DNA of 63,556 bases, filler included, from Collodictyon triciliatum (GCA_043381765.1; 11 parts of 11 records of this genome joined end to end with filler, not necessarily neighbours in it); one strand, 5' to 3'. Counted from the first letter of the whole stretch, positions 28,250 to 39,920 are shown. Notes: generated by a model from the sequence alone, not told the origin. Made by a program: numbers and translations.

Positions 28250-30116
28250 TTTTGAAGGATAAAAAGAACTTTCTTGAGTATATATTATTAGCGCTGTTAA
28301 AGTCCCTTGTCAAGAATACACTTTGTTTGCCTTCTGAGCGATTGCATTTTTTACACATGAGACATCTATACACTTTTTTGTATTTCCTTTCAGTGTCATA
28401 TATTCCAGTTCGTTTTCGAAGTTGCAGCACATCTTGGAGGTTCTAAATTCATCTACGCTAATTGTTTCAAAACGTTTAGATACTATTTTTCGTAATCCTC
28501 TTCTGATTGTTGGCATAGAACGCTTCATCTGAGATTTTCTGCTCCAGCCTCCACACGCCAGTACAACATCCTTGCCAAATGTCTTTTCGAATCGGTCCAT
28601 TAACAATTGTTCACTTATTTTTGTATTAGCATACTGTCTCCATCTCATCTTTCGAAAAGCCACTTGTTCATAAAATCTGCAAAGTTCTACCTGGTATCTT
28701 GATTTCATAGATACATATTTTCGATTTTTTTTTCATAATCGACCGTGCATGAATTGTGTTTGCTCAGTTGTGTCTCTAAATCGATTAAAGATACTCTTGA
28801 AGCCTCAAATTGCTGATTCTCCTCAAAAGTCATGTGAACAAAATAAATAGCACTTTATAAACTTGTTGCCATGCATATCCCTGAAGCATTGTACTTTTCT
28901 TTCTTTTTCTCGCGCAAGAGTATTTTGTGATTTTTAAGATATTTGCTATCATGTGTTATTTGATGTGTTGTGTAACGTAATTTCTTACCTGCCTCATCCA
29001 CTATGTAAACCAAATTAAACTTGCCTGCGTCCAGCCCAACTATTTTTTTGTCGCTAATAAAGATAACTGCTCTTCGGAAAGTTCATCTATATAGACATAT
29101 TCTTGGTTTTTTTGATTATTTTTTATTTTTGAATTTGAAATACCTTTCTTTTCAAACAATAATGACATCGCCAAGCCGTCTGTTTGTATCATGTATTTAA
29201 AATTGTAGTCTCTTTGATGATAGACCCTCTTCTTCATTTCAAAGAAGTCATCCCATTGGGTCTCATTGAATCCTGATATATTATTCATTAATGATACTTT
29301 TCCAGATAACACTAACCTACCTATCAAACATGACGTATCTAGAGTAATATGACATGGTATATTGTTAGTTCCTATAGGGATTGGCTGAAACAGTTTTGTT
29401 CAAATATCCTCAAAAATGAGATTCATGTAAATCAGACATGGAATGTACTTATTTGGATTGACTTTGACGTCATATTCGATACCATTTACAATATCGCTGG
29501 TTATGATATGGTGCAAATGCGTTATAACCCATTCTTTATATTGTTCCGGTATTTCGAGCTTCTTGAAGATGGCTTTTTTTAAACTAACGTAACTCTGCCT
29601 TTTAATGCCTTCCGTAATATTCTCATCTTTAGGAAATGTTTGATTTATAAAGCGCAGTAATCTCTTTACAAAATGTTCCTTAATGTTCTTATGATAAGCT
29701 GTTAACATTTGCTTCGCCAAGTACGGTAGTACATGAGACAGTCTAACCAACGGAAAGCGTTCTTCTCGAGATAAAAAGAATCGAAAATCATTGAGATAAA
29801 AAGTCATCATGTCATCTCTCGTTTCTGGTTTTTTTAAAACTTGCGGGTCTATCTTGTGAAACTATTCCGACTGTTTTCAAAGCGTACGAAAAAAAAACAT
29901 TTCATCGATTGTTGGGAGGTGTTGTGATTTCAATATGTAACATCTTGCAAACAGATAAGTGTCGGTAACCAAATCATGACACAATAAAACCGTATCGTTG
30001 ATTTCGTCATAGTCATCCGCATTCTTTACAATCGACTTTGGAGATGATTTCACATTTCGATAGTCTGGTTTTACAGACTTATGATTCTCAGACTCAAGAT
30101 GTTTTCTTTTCTTCAT
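28250..30116 (-). pseudogene. Fanzor1: Fanzor1 (eukaryotic TnpB-like RNA-guided RuvC endonuclease), about 590 aa when reconstructed; disrupted
   Basis: Collinear motifs: MKKRKH (NLS-like), YHKNIKEHFVKRLLRFIN, YDVKVNP, KLFQPIP..IPCHITLDT, MIQTDG, RuvC-I IVGLDAGK, LETQLSKHNSCTVDY, FRKMRW, VLACGGWS, PTIRRGLRK, RuvC-II VDEFRTSKMCC, VYRCLMCKKC and RuvC-III TRDFNSANNI. One in-frame TGA (29400-29402) and about five frameshifts. Confidence 0.92.
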
Positions 30117-31627
30117 CTGAAAGTCTTTGGTTTACTTTTTCCTTTTGAAAACTACTGAGTTTTCATTTTTAATAAAACTTGAGTCTATTAGTCAATTTAA
30201 TAATAAAAAACAGCATCAAATCAATTTATGTAAAATTAAGCATCAACCGAGACCCTCAAAATATGCGCATTGTGGCAAACAAACACACAAAGTTTTTTTA
30301 TAAGTGATTTGAGACAAAACGCTGCGAGCCGATTCGGCGAGTTTGAAAGGGCGGCCGTATAGCCATTGTGATTGAAAGTCAACATATCGACCCCAAACAA
30401 CATGATTACCGCCGCAAGAGTGGACAGTATGCTTTTTTGAAATGCATGTTTGGTGGCAGGTTTATGGGGTGGGTTCTGTCTGGGCCAAGGCAACAGCTTG
30501 TTTGAAATTTTTGAATTTCTGAAGTATATTACATAAATGAGAAATAAAATGGAAATTAATTAAAGGAATAGAATGAGATTTTTTTATGTATTAACCTTAT
30601 TATATATTCTAAGTAAACTATTATATCATTCAGGTTGTTTCTTGGCATCATCAAGCTCCTGCTTTTCTGAATCCAGATTTAACTCGATGGTTGTCTGTGC
30701 AATAAACTGCTATATATGGATTCACTTTCGTTGTATAAAAAGTTTGTTGTGCCTTGAAAGGGATAAAACCAAGTTCGTCACAACCTTTGCAATGTAGTTT
30801 ATCCATTTACAGGCCGAATAAGACCGAAGAGAAAGGAAAAGAGAAAAAGAAAAAAAAGAAAATATGTCAAAATGAATGAAAAAGAAAAAGGGGAAGAGAA
30901 AAGAAAAGAAAAGAAAAGAAAAGAAAAGAAAAGAAAAGAAAAGAAAAGAAAAGAAAAGAAAAGAAAAGAAAAGAAAAGAAAAGAAAAGAAANNNNNNNNN
31001 NNNNNNNNNNNNNNNNNNNNNNNNNNNNNNNNNNNTTAATTAATTAANNNNNNNNNNNNNNNNNNNNNNNNNNNNNNNNNNNNNNNNNNNNTGGTTCCGT
31101 ACCACAGGCGCAAGTTTCGACTCAAAGGGGTACGACAAATAGGGAATATGAGCATTCTGCACCGATAATGGTGTGAGATTTGGCTAATCTTTTTGCATGT
31201 GACATGAAGCGTGATGATAATAGCAGGGTTTAGAGACATGAATGTAATTATACTGTATTTTCCATAATTATACTGGGAACAATCTGCAAATCTATGCCTA
31301 TATTCGTCTAAATTCCCAATTCCACGCCGCCGTTCCCAAGCCCGAGGCAATAAGTATCCGTGGGCTACAAAAACCTCCGCGACGTTTATATATTTTGCAT
31401 CAAGGAAACCTTGAGTATTGGGTCTTGGGGCATCATGGAATGCAAGGAAGTGAGACGGGGAAGATATCAACGAAACGAGAGCAACGGATACCCAGAGCAG
31501 CCCGGCCAGAAGGCCATTCCAAGTGCAGAAACAACAACCAAGATACCAACACTCATCCGGGCAAATCTCCTCTTCCCCCCTCATCCTAACCCTTACCCTA
31601 ATCCACAGCAAGCCAACCAGCCACCCC

Positions 31628-32365
31628 ATGAAGTCTGTCATCGCCGCTGTCATCCTGGCCCTTGTCGCCACCGCCGCCGCACTCCCCATCGAGCAAGGTA
31701 GCGCCCTTGACCAATCAGCCAACCGACACATAGACATAGACACATAGATATGGACATAGACACGTAGACACAATCGGCTGCTGACTATCGACCCATCCCG
31801 CCCCAGGAGAACTCGCAGACTACACCATCGGCTTCAGCTCCAACACAGACCCGCGCGGCACCGCCGTCGCATACGTCAACGCGGCCACCCGCACCCTGGA
31901 CATCACCATGTACAAGTACGAGGACACCACCATCCACAACGCCGTCGTATCCGCCATCCGCCGCGGAGTCCGCGTAAGCATACCTCTTTCGTACCCGCGC
32001 CAAGCAGTACCGCATATTCTGCACCGTACCTGCAAACATACGAGGCAGCACCTCACAGCCCGGCAAACATGCAGGTCCGCGCCATCGTCGACAACACCGA
32101 GGCTGGAGGAAAGGACTCGCTTGCCAAGGCCCTGGCCTCTGCCGGCGCAACTGTCCGCACCTGGTCCGGCGTCGGCAGCTTCGACAAGCTGCACTCAAAG
32201 TACTCCATCTATGACGGCGCAAAGGTCCTGACCGGCACCAACAACTGGACAAACTCTGGTGCAACCACAAACATGGAGGTGGTCATCACTTTCCAGGCTG
32301 CCACGGCCGTCGCCACCTTCCAGGGCAACTTCGAGACCCTCTTCTCCCAGGGGAAGGCCATCTAA
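31628..32365 (+). CDS. Secreted single-HKD phospholipase-D-family endonuclease (Nuc/Zucchini-like), 175 aa
   Basis: Exons 31628-31697, 31807-31973 and 32075-32365 splice in frame with GT-AG. Signal peptide MKSVIAAVILALVATAAA; LDITMYKY, AIRRGVRVRAIVD, LHSKYSIYD (HxKxxxxD), LTGTNNWT and TNME. Confidence 0.9.
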
Positions 32366-33176
32366 GCGCGCTCTGCTCGCCCGAGTCCTCCGCTCTGTGT
32401 CTCTTTCTGTCTTTCCCTCCACGTCTGCCTGTCAGTCTTTCTCCCCTTGCTGTGGTTTCATCCACCGGCGGCATTCGCCGATCGAAGCAGGGTTTGTCCT
32501 GCCGCCTTCAAACCTGGCCTCGCCTGACGCTCTGTGACTTGGATGCAGGGCAGAGTCGATAAATATATAGACTTCCTTTTTCTTCCATCGCGTCAGACTG
32601 TCACATGACGGGATTTGCATATGAACACACGACATAGCTCCAACTTAAATCTTTGCGATGTGATTGTCTCCAAAGCTAGTTCCTCCACCTGTCATCCATC
32701 TCGAGAGTATCACGAAGCGGGGTGCTCGCCTACCCAAACCCCTTTATGGGCCATGTCCCCGTCCAGGAGTCTTCCGTGGGACTGCAGGACACGAGGAACG
32801 CCAGCCACTTCCACCCTCAGCCATGTTGCCGCCTCCCCGCTGATTCATTCCCTTTGTGAATTTCCTCAAGGCAACCCAGTCCCAACTCGTTATTGATCCC
32901 TGTCAGCTTTTGTTTTTCCTTCTTTCTGGTCACTCACAATCAACCTGCAAGTCGATCCATTTTCTTTTCCTTCCCCCGCCCCAACCTGTCTATTCCATGG
33001 CCACGAAGGCCCTGCACTTTGCGGACCGAAAAGAGCCAAGAGAACGCAGCATACCACGAGAACTGCGGCATTTTTTTCCTTTTCCTTGGCCTTGTGAGGC
33101 AGACAGGAAACTAACGAGCCTGTTGAATCCAAACGGGCAGCCGGGCGGCGCAATCAGGTGCAGGGACAAAGACGGG

Positions 33177-34067
33177 ATGGGCAAAGGAAGCAGCTGGATG
33201 AACACACTGAGCGTCATTGCCTCGTCGCTCTGCCTGGTGGACTGTGTTGTTCTGCCGGGGTTGCTGGCTGCCTTGAACATGCTGAACATGGTCTCCTTGG
33301 TCAACGACGAGTGGCTCCACCAGCTTCACCACTTTTCCCACCACACCGCAATCTACTACATAGCCCCGATCTCCCTCTTTGCTTTGGTCACAGGCTTCTT
33401 GTAAGGCTTTGTTCTCGTCTTTGATTTCACGCAGATTTTCCTCTTCCTTTTCCTGCAGTCTATGACTCTTCTTTTTTTTTTAATTGTTTTTTTTTTATTT
33501 GGAGTGTTTGCTTTTTTCTCTCCTTGTGAGTTGGTAGTGGCTTTTGAAACTTGGAATGAAAACAAAAGAACGCTAATATTAATATTAATATTAATAATAA
33601 TGATAGCCATAATAATAAATTAATCAATAGATAATAAAATAACCAAAATAAATAATGATGATAAAACAAAAAATAAATAAATAAATAGCCACCACAAGCA
33701 AGTCCTCCTTGTGTTGATCGGACTTGCAGCCTTGGGCACAATGGTTGCTGCATCTTCTCTTGCCCATGACGATGAAACCTTGGAACACCGTCTGTCCCTC
33801 GGCGGTTCGCTTGTTCTGTTTCTGGTGCAGATGCGTGTCCGCTCGCTCGAGTCTGGACATGCCCATCACGCAGGCTGCAGTCACGGCCATAATCACGGCC
33901 ATAATCACGGCCACAATCACAGCAATGATAACACTATCCCAAAGGAATCCCATCCCATCCAAGAAACTGCACCGATATCTGATGATGCTGCGGAGGTGGA
34001 GGAACCCAAAGGCCAGCAGGAGCAGCTCCGGCAAAGAAGAGCGGCTGGCCGACCAAAGAAGGACTAA
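33177..34067 (+). CDS. MerC-family-like 4-TM metal-binding membrane protein with a His-rich C-terminal tail, about 200 aa
   Basis: Exons 33177-33400 and 33689-34067 splice in frame. SVIASSLCLVDCVVLP (CxxxC pair then LP), WLHQLHHFSHH, ALVTGFFHHK, EHRLSLGG and tail GHAHHAGCSHGHNHGHNHGHNH. The start could lie further upstream. Confidence 0.75.
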
Positions 34068-34605
34068 TCTATGCAAAGGGGATTAGCTTGGCTTTTGTCA
34101 TATTGCATGAGTCTCCCATTGCCTTTTCATCATCTCTTTTCTTCTGTCCTCTTTTATGCCTTTTTTTTTCTTCTTCTTCTCTTTTGCAGCTGCAGAATCG
34201 GAACGTGAATGTATACACTCTGTCTTGTCTTTTTCTTGTTTATCCTCATGGTTTCAGAGAAGAGGTTTGAAACAAGAATTCGTGTTTGCACTTATGGAGA
34301 CACAGAGCTTCATTCGCGAGTGAGGACGTTGCTGTGATAATTCCATTCCCTCCGTTCATTTACCACTGCGCCTCTCCCAACTTCCCCGACTGCCTTTTTA
34401 CTTGCCCATGTAATGAGATATTCGCGAATGGAGGATGAATAAATGAAAGCGGCTCGCCCAAGCATAAACCGTGTGAATTGTTCGTTTATTGTAATTTCGT
34501 ATTGATATTGAAAAAAAAAAGGAAAAGGAAAGAAGTAGATAAAACAATCATCAATGTCAAACGGAAAAAAAAGAAACAAACAAAGAGATGAGCAAAAGAG
34601 ATTCA

Positions 34606-37080
34606 TCAACCAGGAAGAATGCCCTTGGACTTCAGCTCCTTTTTCATCTCCGTATACAAATCGTCGTTGTGCTTAGTCTAATACAGGGAATTTCGATTTT
34701 TTTTAAATATATATAAATATATTTGTTCTTGTAATATACAAAAATTAGACATCAGTGGCTTCTTTGTAAGTAAAGATGTTTGCGTGAATATGTGGTCGAA
34801 ATGCAATATTTCTAAAATATATGCAAAAGGACAGTTATTCGTATAATCGAATATTCACGGTCTGTTTTCCTTTCATCGCATCCCAGCCCATATGCAGTAC
34901 ATATGACCGGTCCATAACGACAAAGTTGTACCCAGCAGCATATAAAGTGAGACACTAAATATACAAATACAAAATATTATTGCAAATGTCATTCTCTCCT
35001 ACTACACTTTTTTTCTTCCTTCCTCTTTGTTACATATGCCGATTCGTATCTGCGAATGTAAAGCGAGTCTCTTATATATTTGTAAAAGCTTGTACTACGT
35101 TTGTGCTGTGGTAAGGTGACATTGCTCATCGCACATGAACAATACCTGTGATTGTTGGTCTCGTCCGCGCCCGACGAATCTCTCGTCGTACCTGTTGTCG
35201 TAGTTTAAGCACAACAATTGTGAATCCGGATAAATTGAAAGGAAACATCAATAAATTCGAATAAAAAATATTTTTCCTAAGAGAATCGTGATTGCATACG
35301 GCATCGAAGATGACTTTAAAAAAACAGACATGGATCAAATTGAAAGTAGGAGTTGTGGTGGATAATGTAACCCAGAAGGGATTATCAATAATAGCTATAC
35401 GATGGCTGTATTAACATACAGAGGAAAACCAGGCTTTGCGATATAAAAGGGTTCGTAATCTGCCTCGTAATCCACGCGGAACGGGGTAGAGGACTATGAG
35501 AATAATAATTATTTTTTTTTGTTCAAAACATCTACCATCTTGCACAAACTGGAGGTAAGAATACATTTTTTTTAAGAATATTCGTTTTCTTTTCTTTGAT
35601 TATGTATTTAAGAAAGTTTTTGAAATGAAATAGTAAAATGATAATCATATGGTGATGCATTACGTTCCAAAATCTATTGTAGTTTGTTGCCCTACGCCCA
35701 ACTTCGTACCAGGGATGTGGCGGACCCAGAAAAAGAGAAAGTCAAGAAATACGATACGGAAATGACAGCAAAAATAAAAATAAATAAAAATAAAAGGTCA
35801 TCTTAAAGACACAAAAAAAGAACAAAGATGCAAACATTTTTACTTCTGGGTGGGTGAATTAGGAATCAAGGATATGGAATGTGTGTATTTTCTTTTGAGT
35901 GTATAGGTTTAAGAGCTCAGTCTTTGTGGAAGGAAATTCCTGTGTGGTAAAGCAAAATACCACTTTTATGAATTGCTGATTACGCAAGGTCGTTTTTCAT
36001 AACTTATTCATATGATAATATGAGAAATATATTGATTTTTTAAAGTCTATTTTTTCAATTACATCGTCTAATTCGCGGCTGTAATGTTCGAATTGGGGGA
36101 GCACAAAAACAGTTTTTTCTTGTGACAACATCCAAATTCGATATAATCTGTATTAAAAGCATACCGAACAAGAGACTTTAGTGGAATGAAATTATTGATC
36201 TGGTGTACTATTTCAGAAATTATAGTGCAACAATATATACAAATAATTTAATTCACCAATATTATTACTTAATTTGCTCTAAAAGATCTGGGTTCGGCAA
36301 ATAATCCATATCAATGCTGGAAGAAAAAAGAAACGTGAATTTTATTCTTGGTTTGATTAAGCAGTATCTGAAGACAAAATTCATGACTAAACATTACTCG
36401 TACCAATAAACAAGCTCCGTTTTCACATGAGATATTCCAAAATTTCTCAGATGTTGAACAGGATATTCATTCTGCACGAATGATTATATTTTCCTTTAAC
36501 TTTGCCTTCACAGTAAAGTTAAGCATGCCCAATTATTTATATGATTAAATGCAATACTCACGCTCCATGTGTAATTAGTCTCTGGAAAAACATGATTAAC
36601 GCAGTCATCCAGCGAGTTGATATTTACATCATAGGAGGATTCAATTTCCTTTTTCAATAATACATGCATTTTTATTAGTAAGGTTTTTGGCCCATTAATT
36701 ATATATAATCACTTCAATTTCAAAAACTTCATAAGAAGGGAGGCGATGAAAGTCGTACATGTTTACAGCGGGGGTCAAAGACAAGGTGCAGATCAACTCT
36801 TCGATGGAATTCGCTTGAGCAATATACATGCATAGCTGCTTGAAAAATTGATTCCTTACACCCACTTTCGCTGTCATATGAAACATACAGCGTGACCGAA
36901 ACTCTGCCTCCATATACAGTCAGAAGGGATGCGATGTATCTCAAACGATTGACTGTACCATGCGTAACCCACGTGAGAGGAGATTCGTCCTGTTCTTAAA
37001 AAAAATGCAGTAAAATGTGGATTAATCGTAAGATGTCGGCATGAATCATGACGCTGGCTTAACTTCCTCGTATGACCGGC
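34606..37080 (-). CDS. GT49 glycosyltransferase (LARGE/B4GAT1-like), many short exons, 5'-truncated
   Basis: Manual translation: YGGRVSVTLY..RVDLHLV, NEYPVQHLRNFG..KTELVYW/IDMDYLP (DxD), VFVLPQFE, YEADYEPFYI, YDERFVGRGRD, LYAAGYNFVV..VLHMG. Final exon ends ...KGILPG with a stop at 34606-34608. Confidence 0.8.
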
Positions 37081-37533
37081 CGCATTAATAAATACACACA
37101 TACACACATACACACATACACACATACACACATACACACATACACACATACACACATACACACATACACACATACACACATACACACATACACAAATACA
37201 CAAATNNNNNNNNNNNNNNNNNNNNNNNNNNNNNNNNNNNNNNNNNNNNTTAATTAATTAANNNNNNNNNNNNNNNNNNNNNNNNNNNNNNNNNNNNNNN
37301 NNNNNTTTATTTTGTTTTATTTTGTTTTATTTTGTTTTATTTTGTTTTATTTTGTTTTATTTTGTTTTATTTTGTTTTATTTTGTTTTATTTTGTTTTAT
37401 TTTGTTGAATATTTATTGGTAAACGCTCTCACAGGTGGTTTTTTCTCATTTCAACGGCCTGTTGGAGAGAGTGGAGGGCATCGGAAGCGAGCAAAGAGAG
37501 AGCCCCACCAATGAGGCGTCAGGGCCCGCGGGT

Positions 37534-39641
37534 TTAATAGTCGATTTTACGGCATGGCTCCACCAGGGCGCTTTTGTATCCGCTGAGAGAGAGCTCTGTG
37601 ATACAGAAGCGGTATTTGCCGGACTTTGTGACAGGGACGATTTCACGGAAGAGTCCATTTGCATTGGAGTAACCGCTGATATTAGAGACCAAAACCCAGT
37701 TGCTTCCTTGAAGGCGCTGGCTCACAGCAGAGACCTTATAGTGCGTTTGCACACATGAAGACATGTGAGTGCGAGCTAATAGCTTTTTTGGATAGAGTTG
37801 GTAATGCATGAACCTTGACGTAAGCGAGACTGGATGATTTCCCCAAATCAATCGTGTTGAATGTGGCTGTCATCAACTGGGTAGTGGGGTCAATGTAAAA
37901 TTCAAAGTTGATGCGAGAAACCATTCCTACAAGATTAAAGAAGCTATTAAATGGTAATCCAAACCACAATAACGCTGATAATCACAGTAATTTTTTACAA
38001 AAATTTGCTATGAACGACATGATGACTACTTTCACTATTTTAAAAAAAGAAAATGAACGCTGGTGATGAAGAAATAAAATACTAGCTCCGTTCACTATCG
38101 CGTTAAGAAACTCGAGGGTGCTTTTTGTGTATCCATAGATACCAGGAAAGTTTGGATAGGCACACCCATAACCGCTACTCACAACACCGATATGCAAAGG
38201 ACCTGATGGCAACTGCGTAGGTTTTATAAGAATATAAAAAAAGAAAGAGGTAACGTAAAGGCGGAAAGAATTTCCCAATGCATAAGTGATGGTGAATATT
38301 ACTAACATGACATATTTATCACGCAAAAATAGGAAAGGAACAGCAACTCAATGATATATATATACATATACATATATACATTAATGAAAATAGGGCCGCC
38401 ACTGTCTCCATTGCAGGCATCCTTTCCCCCTTGCGGGTATCCTGCGCATATCATAGTGCTTGTGATTGGTGTATCTGGGAAAATCTCATAGGCTTTGTTG
38501 CATTGTTCGTTGCTCACAAGGGGTACTTTAACAGCTTGGAGAGTCTCTGAACGCAGGCCCTTATACTATAACAATAACCGAAGGATATCAATTTCGATAG
38601 ATAAGTCGATGTAGGAAATTGGTTGTAAGCTGCCCACAATCAATTAGAAATCATGATGGGCTAATTACTTATTACAGGAACAGAATCAGTTCTGTGGGAT
38701 TATTCTTTCAAACCTTTCATAATAATTCATTTCAAAAAAAAAAGTGAGTTTGGAGCACTCACTTGAAGGCGACCCCACCCCATTGTAATAGTCTCCATCC
38801 CAGGAATTACCAAGAAACTATCCTCCTTCTTCATCAATTGCACTGGTGTGATGCTCGAAGGGCTGTTCGTTTGAAAAGGGGAAAGAATACTAAGTATACA
38901 AAAAAAATATAAAAGTTAGATGGAAATGTGGTTTTGAAACAAACGTCGCAAGCTTCCAAACTGCAAAGTCGAAATCCAGGGTTGTTTCCAGATATCGAGG
39001 GTCAATATAGACTGCATCAACCTCATGCGTCTCCGATCCAGGCTCATTTGTAGCCGAGAGATTGTGTCTATGCAAGGTTACTGTGCGATATTTCTTGAGA
39101 ACAAAAACAATGAAAAAGCCAGAGATAACCACGTATCTCAAAGTCCCAGGGCGAACGTAAAATGCATCACATTTGTTGACGGAAGGAAGCGATTTGGCAT
39201 CAAACTTTGGATATAGAAATAAAAACTACGACACACTTTGGAAACTATCCGCTGTATCAAAGGTACAGTGTGCTGCAGTCAGGACATACTGTGGATGGAT
39301 CAAAGAGGCGCCGCACACTTGCCGCCCAAAGTCGTTCGTGGCCGCACGCTTTTTGTATAGAACAGCGCCCATCCACGGGAATCGAAATTGGGGTACTTCA
39401 ATACCTCCCACAACGCGCGGGTGCAAGTCAATGCCTTCACCTGATAGAATGCACACTCAGGAGACGGCGTACTTTGGGCAAATAGCATATCTACCGAGAA
39501 TGATGCAGTATGTTTTCTTTTCTTCTTCTTTTTTTTTTCATGATAAATGAAAAGGCACAAACCAGCTGGCTGGGCTATGGCTGGATGGGAGACCAAGCTG
39601 GTCAGAAACAAGCAGCAAGTGATTATTATGACAAGCTGCAT
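37534..39641 (-). CDS. Secreted trypsin-like serine protease (S1A) with a C-terminal extension
   Basis: Signal peptide; activation site [19 protein letters not shown] (His); DFDFAVWKL (Asp); [10 protein letters not shown] (Ser, with Asp189-type pocket); [14 protein letters not shown]. An extra exon at about 37534-37930. Confidence 0.92.
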
Positions 39642-39920
39642 CTTGGTTGTCGCTTTTTCTCCTGTTTCGTAATGCGTAAGTGTTGTCTATCGACGAGTGG
39701 TATAAACACACAGCATAATAAGAAGGGCAGCTTTGTTGGTGGCTTTGTCGGTCTCTCGCAAGACTTTTTGGTTTGCAACGTGCATACATTGAAAGATACT
39801 CGCTTACGCTCACTAAAGCGAATGTTTGTTGCGTTTGGTTTTTCTTCCAGGAAGGATCAGCCGGAGGAAATGACAGGCGAAACAGAGAAAGCGTTTTGTG
39901 TGGTTTGACATTCTGTTTAA

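Larger units (their letters stand above)
27551..30239 (-). mobile_element. Non-autonomous Fanzor1-carrying DNA element (boundaries approximate)
   Basis: Fanzor pseudogene plus structured 3' region, bracketed by a degenerate inverted repeat: 27569-27597 vs the reverse complement of 30202-30222. No transposase is visible. Confidence 0.55.

Noticed and set aside
27889-28430. Track ORFs 27889-28248 and 28047-28430 as separate genes
   Set aside because: They are chimeric read-throughs of the Fanzor 3' end, the candidate omegaRNA and the LINE insert.
29400-29402. TGA reassignment (alternative genetic code)
   Set aside because: Conserved genes here use TGG for Trp and end in TAA, TAG or TGA; a single stop in a frameshifted element is better explained by decay.
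30236-30810. A transposase upstream of the Fanzor
   Set aside because: Only short ORFs, with no DDE, serine-recombinase, HUH or tyrosine-recombinase motif that I can recognise.
27551-34067. Fanzor plus PLD nuclease plus MerC as one defence locus
   Set aside because: A spacer at 30992-31091 separates them, so adjacency reflects size sorting only.
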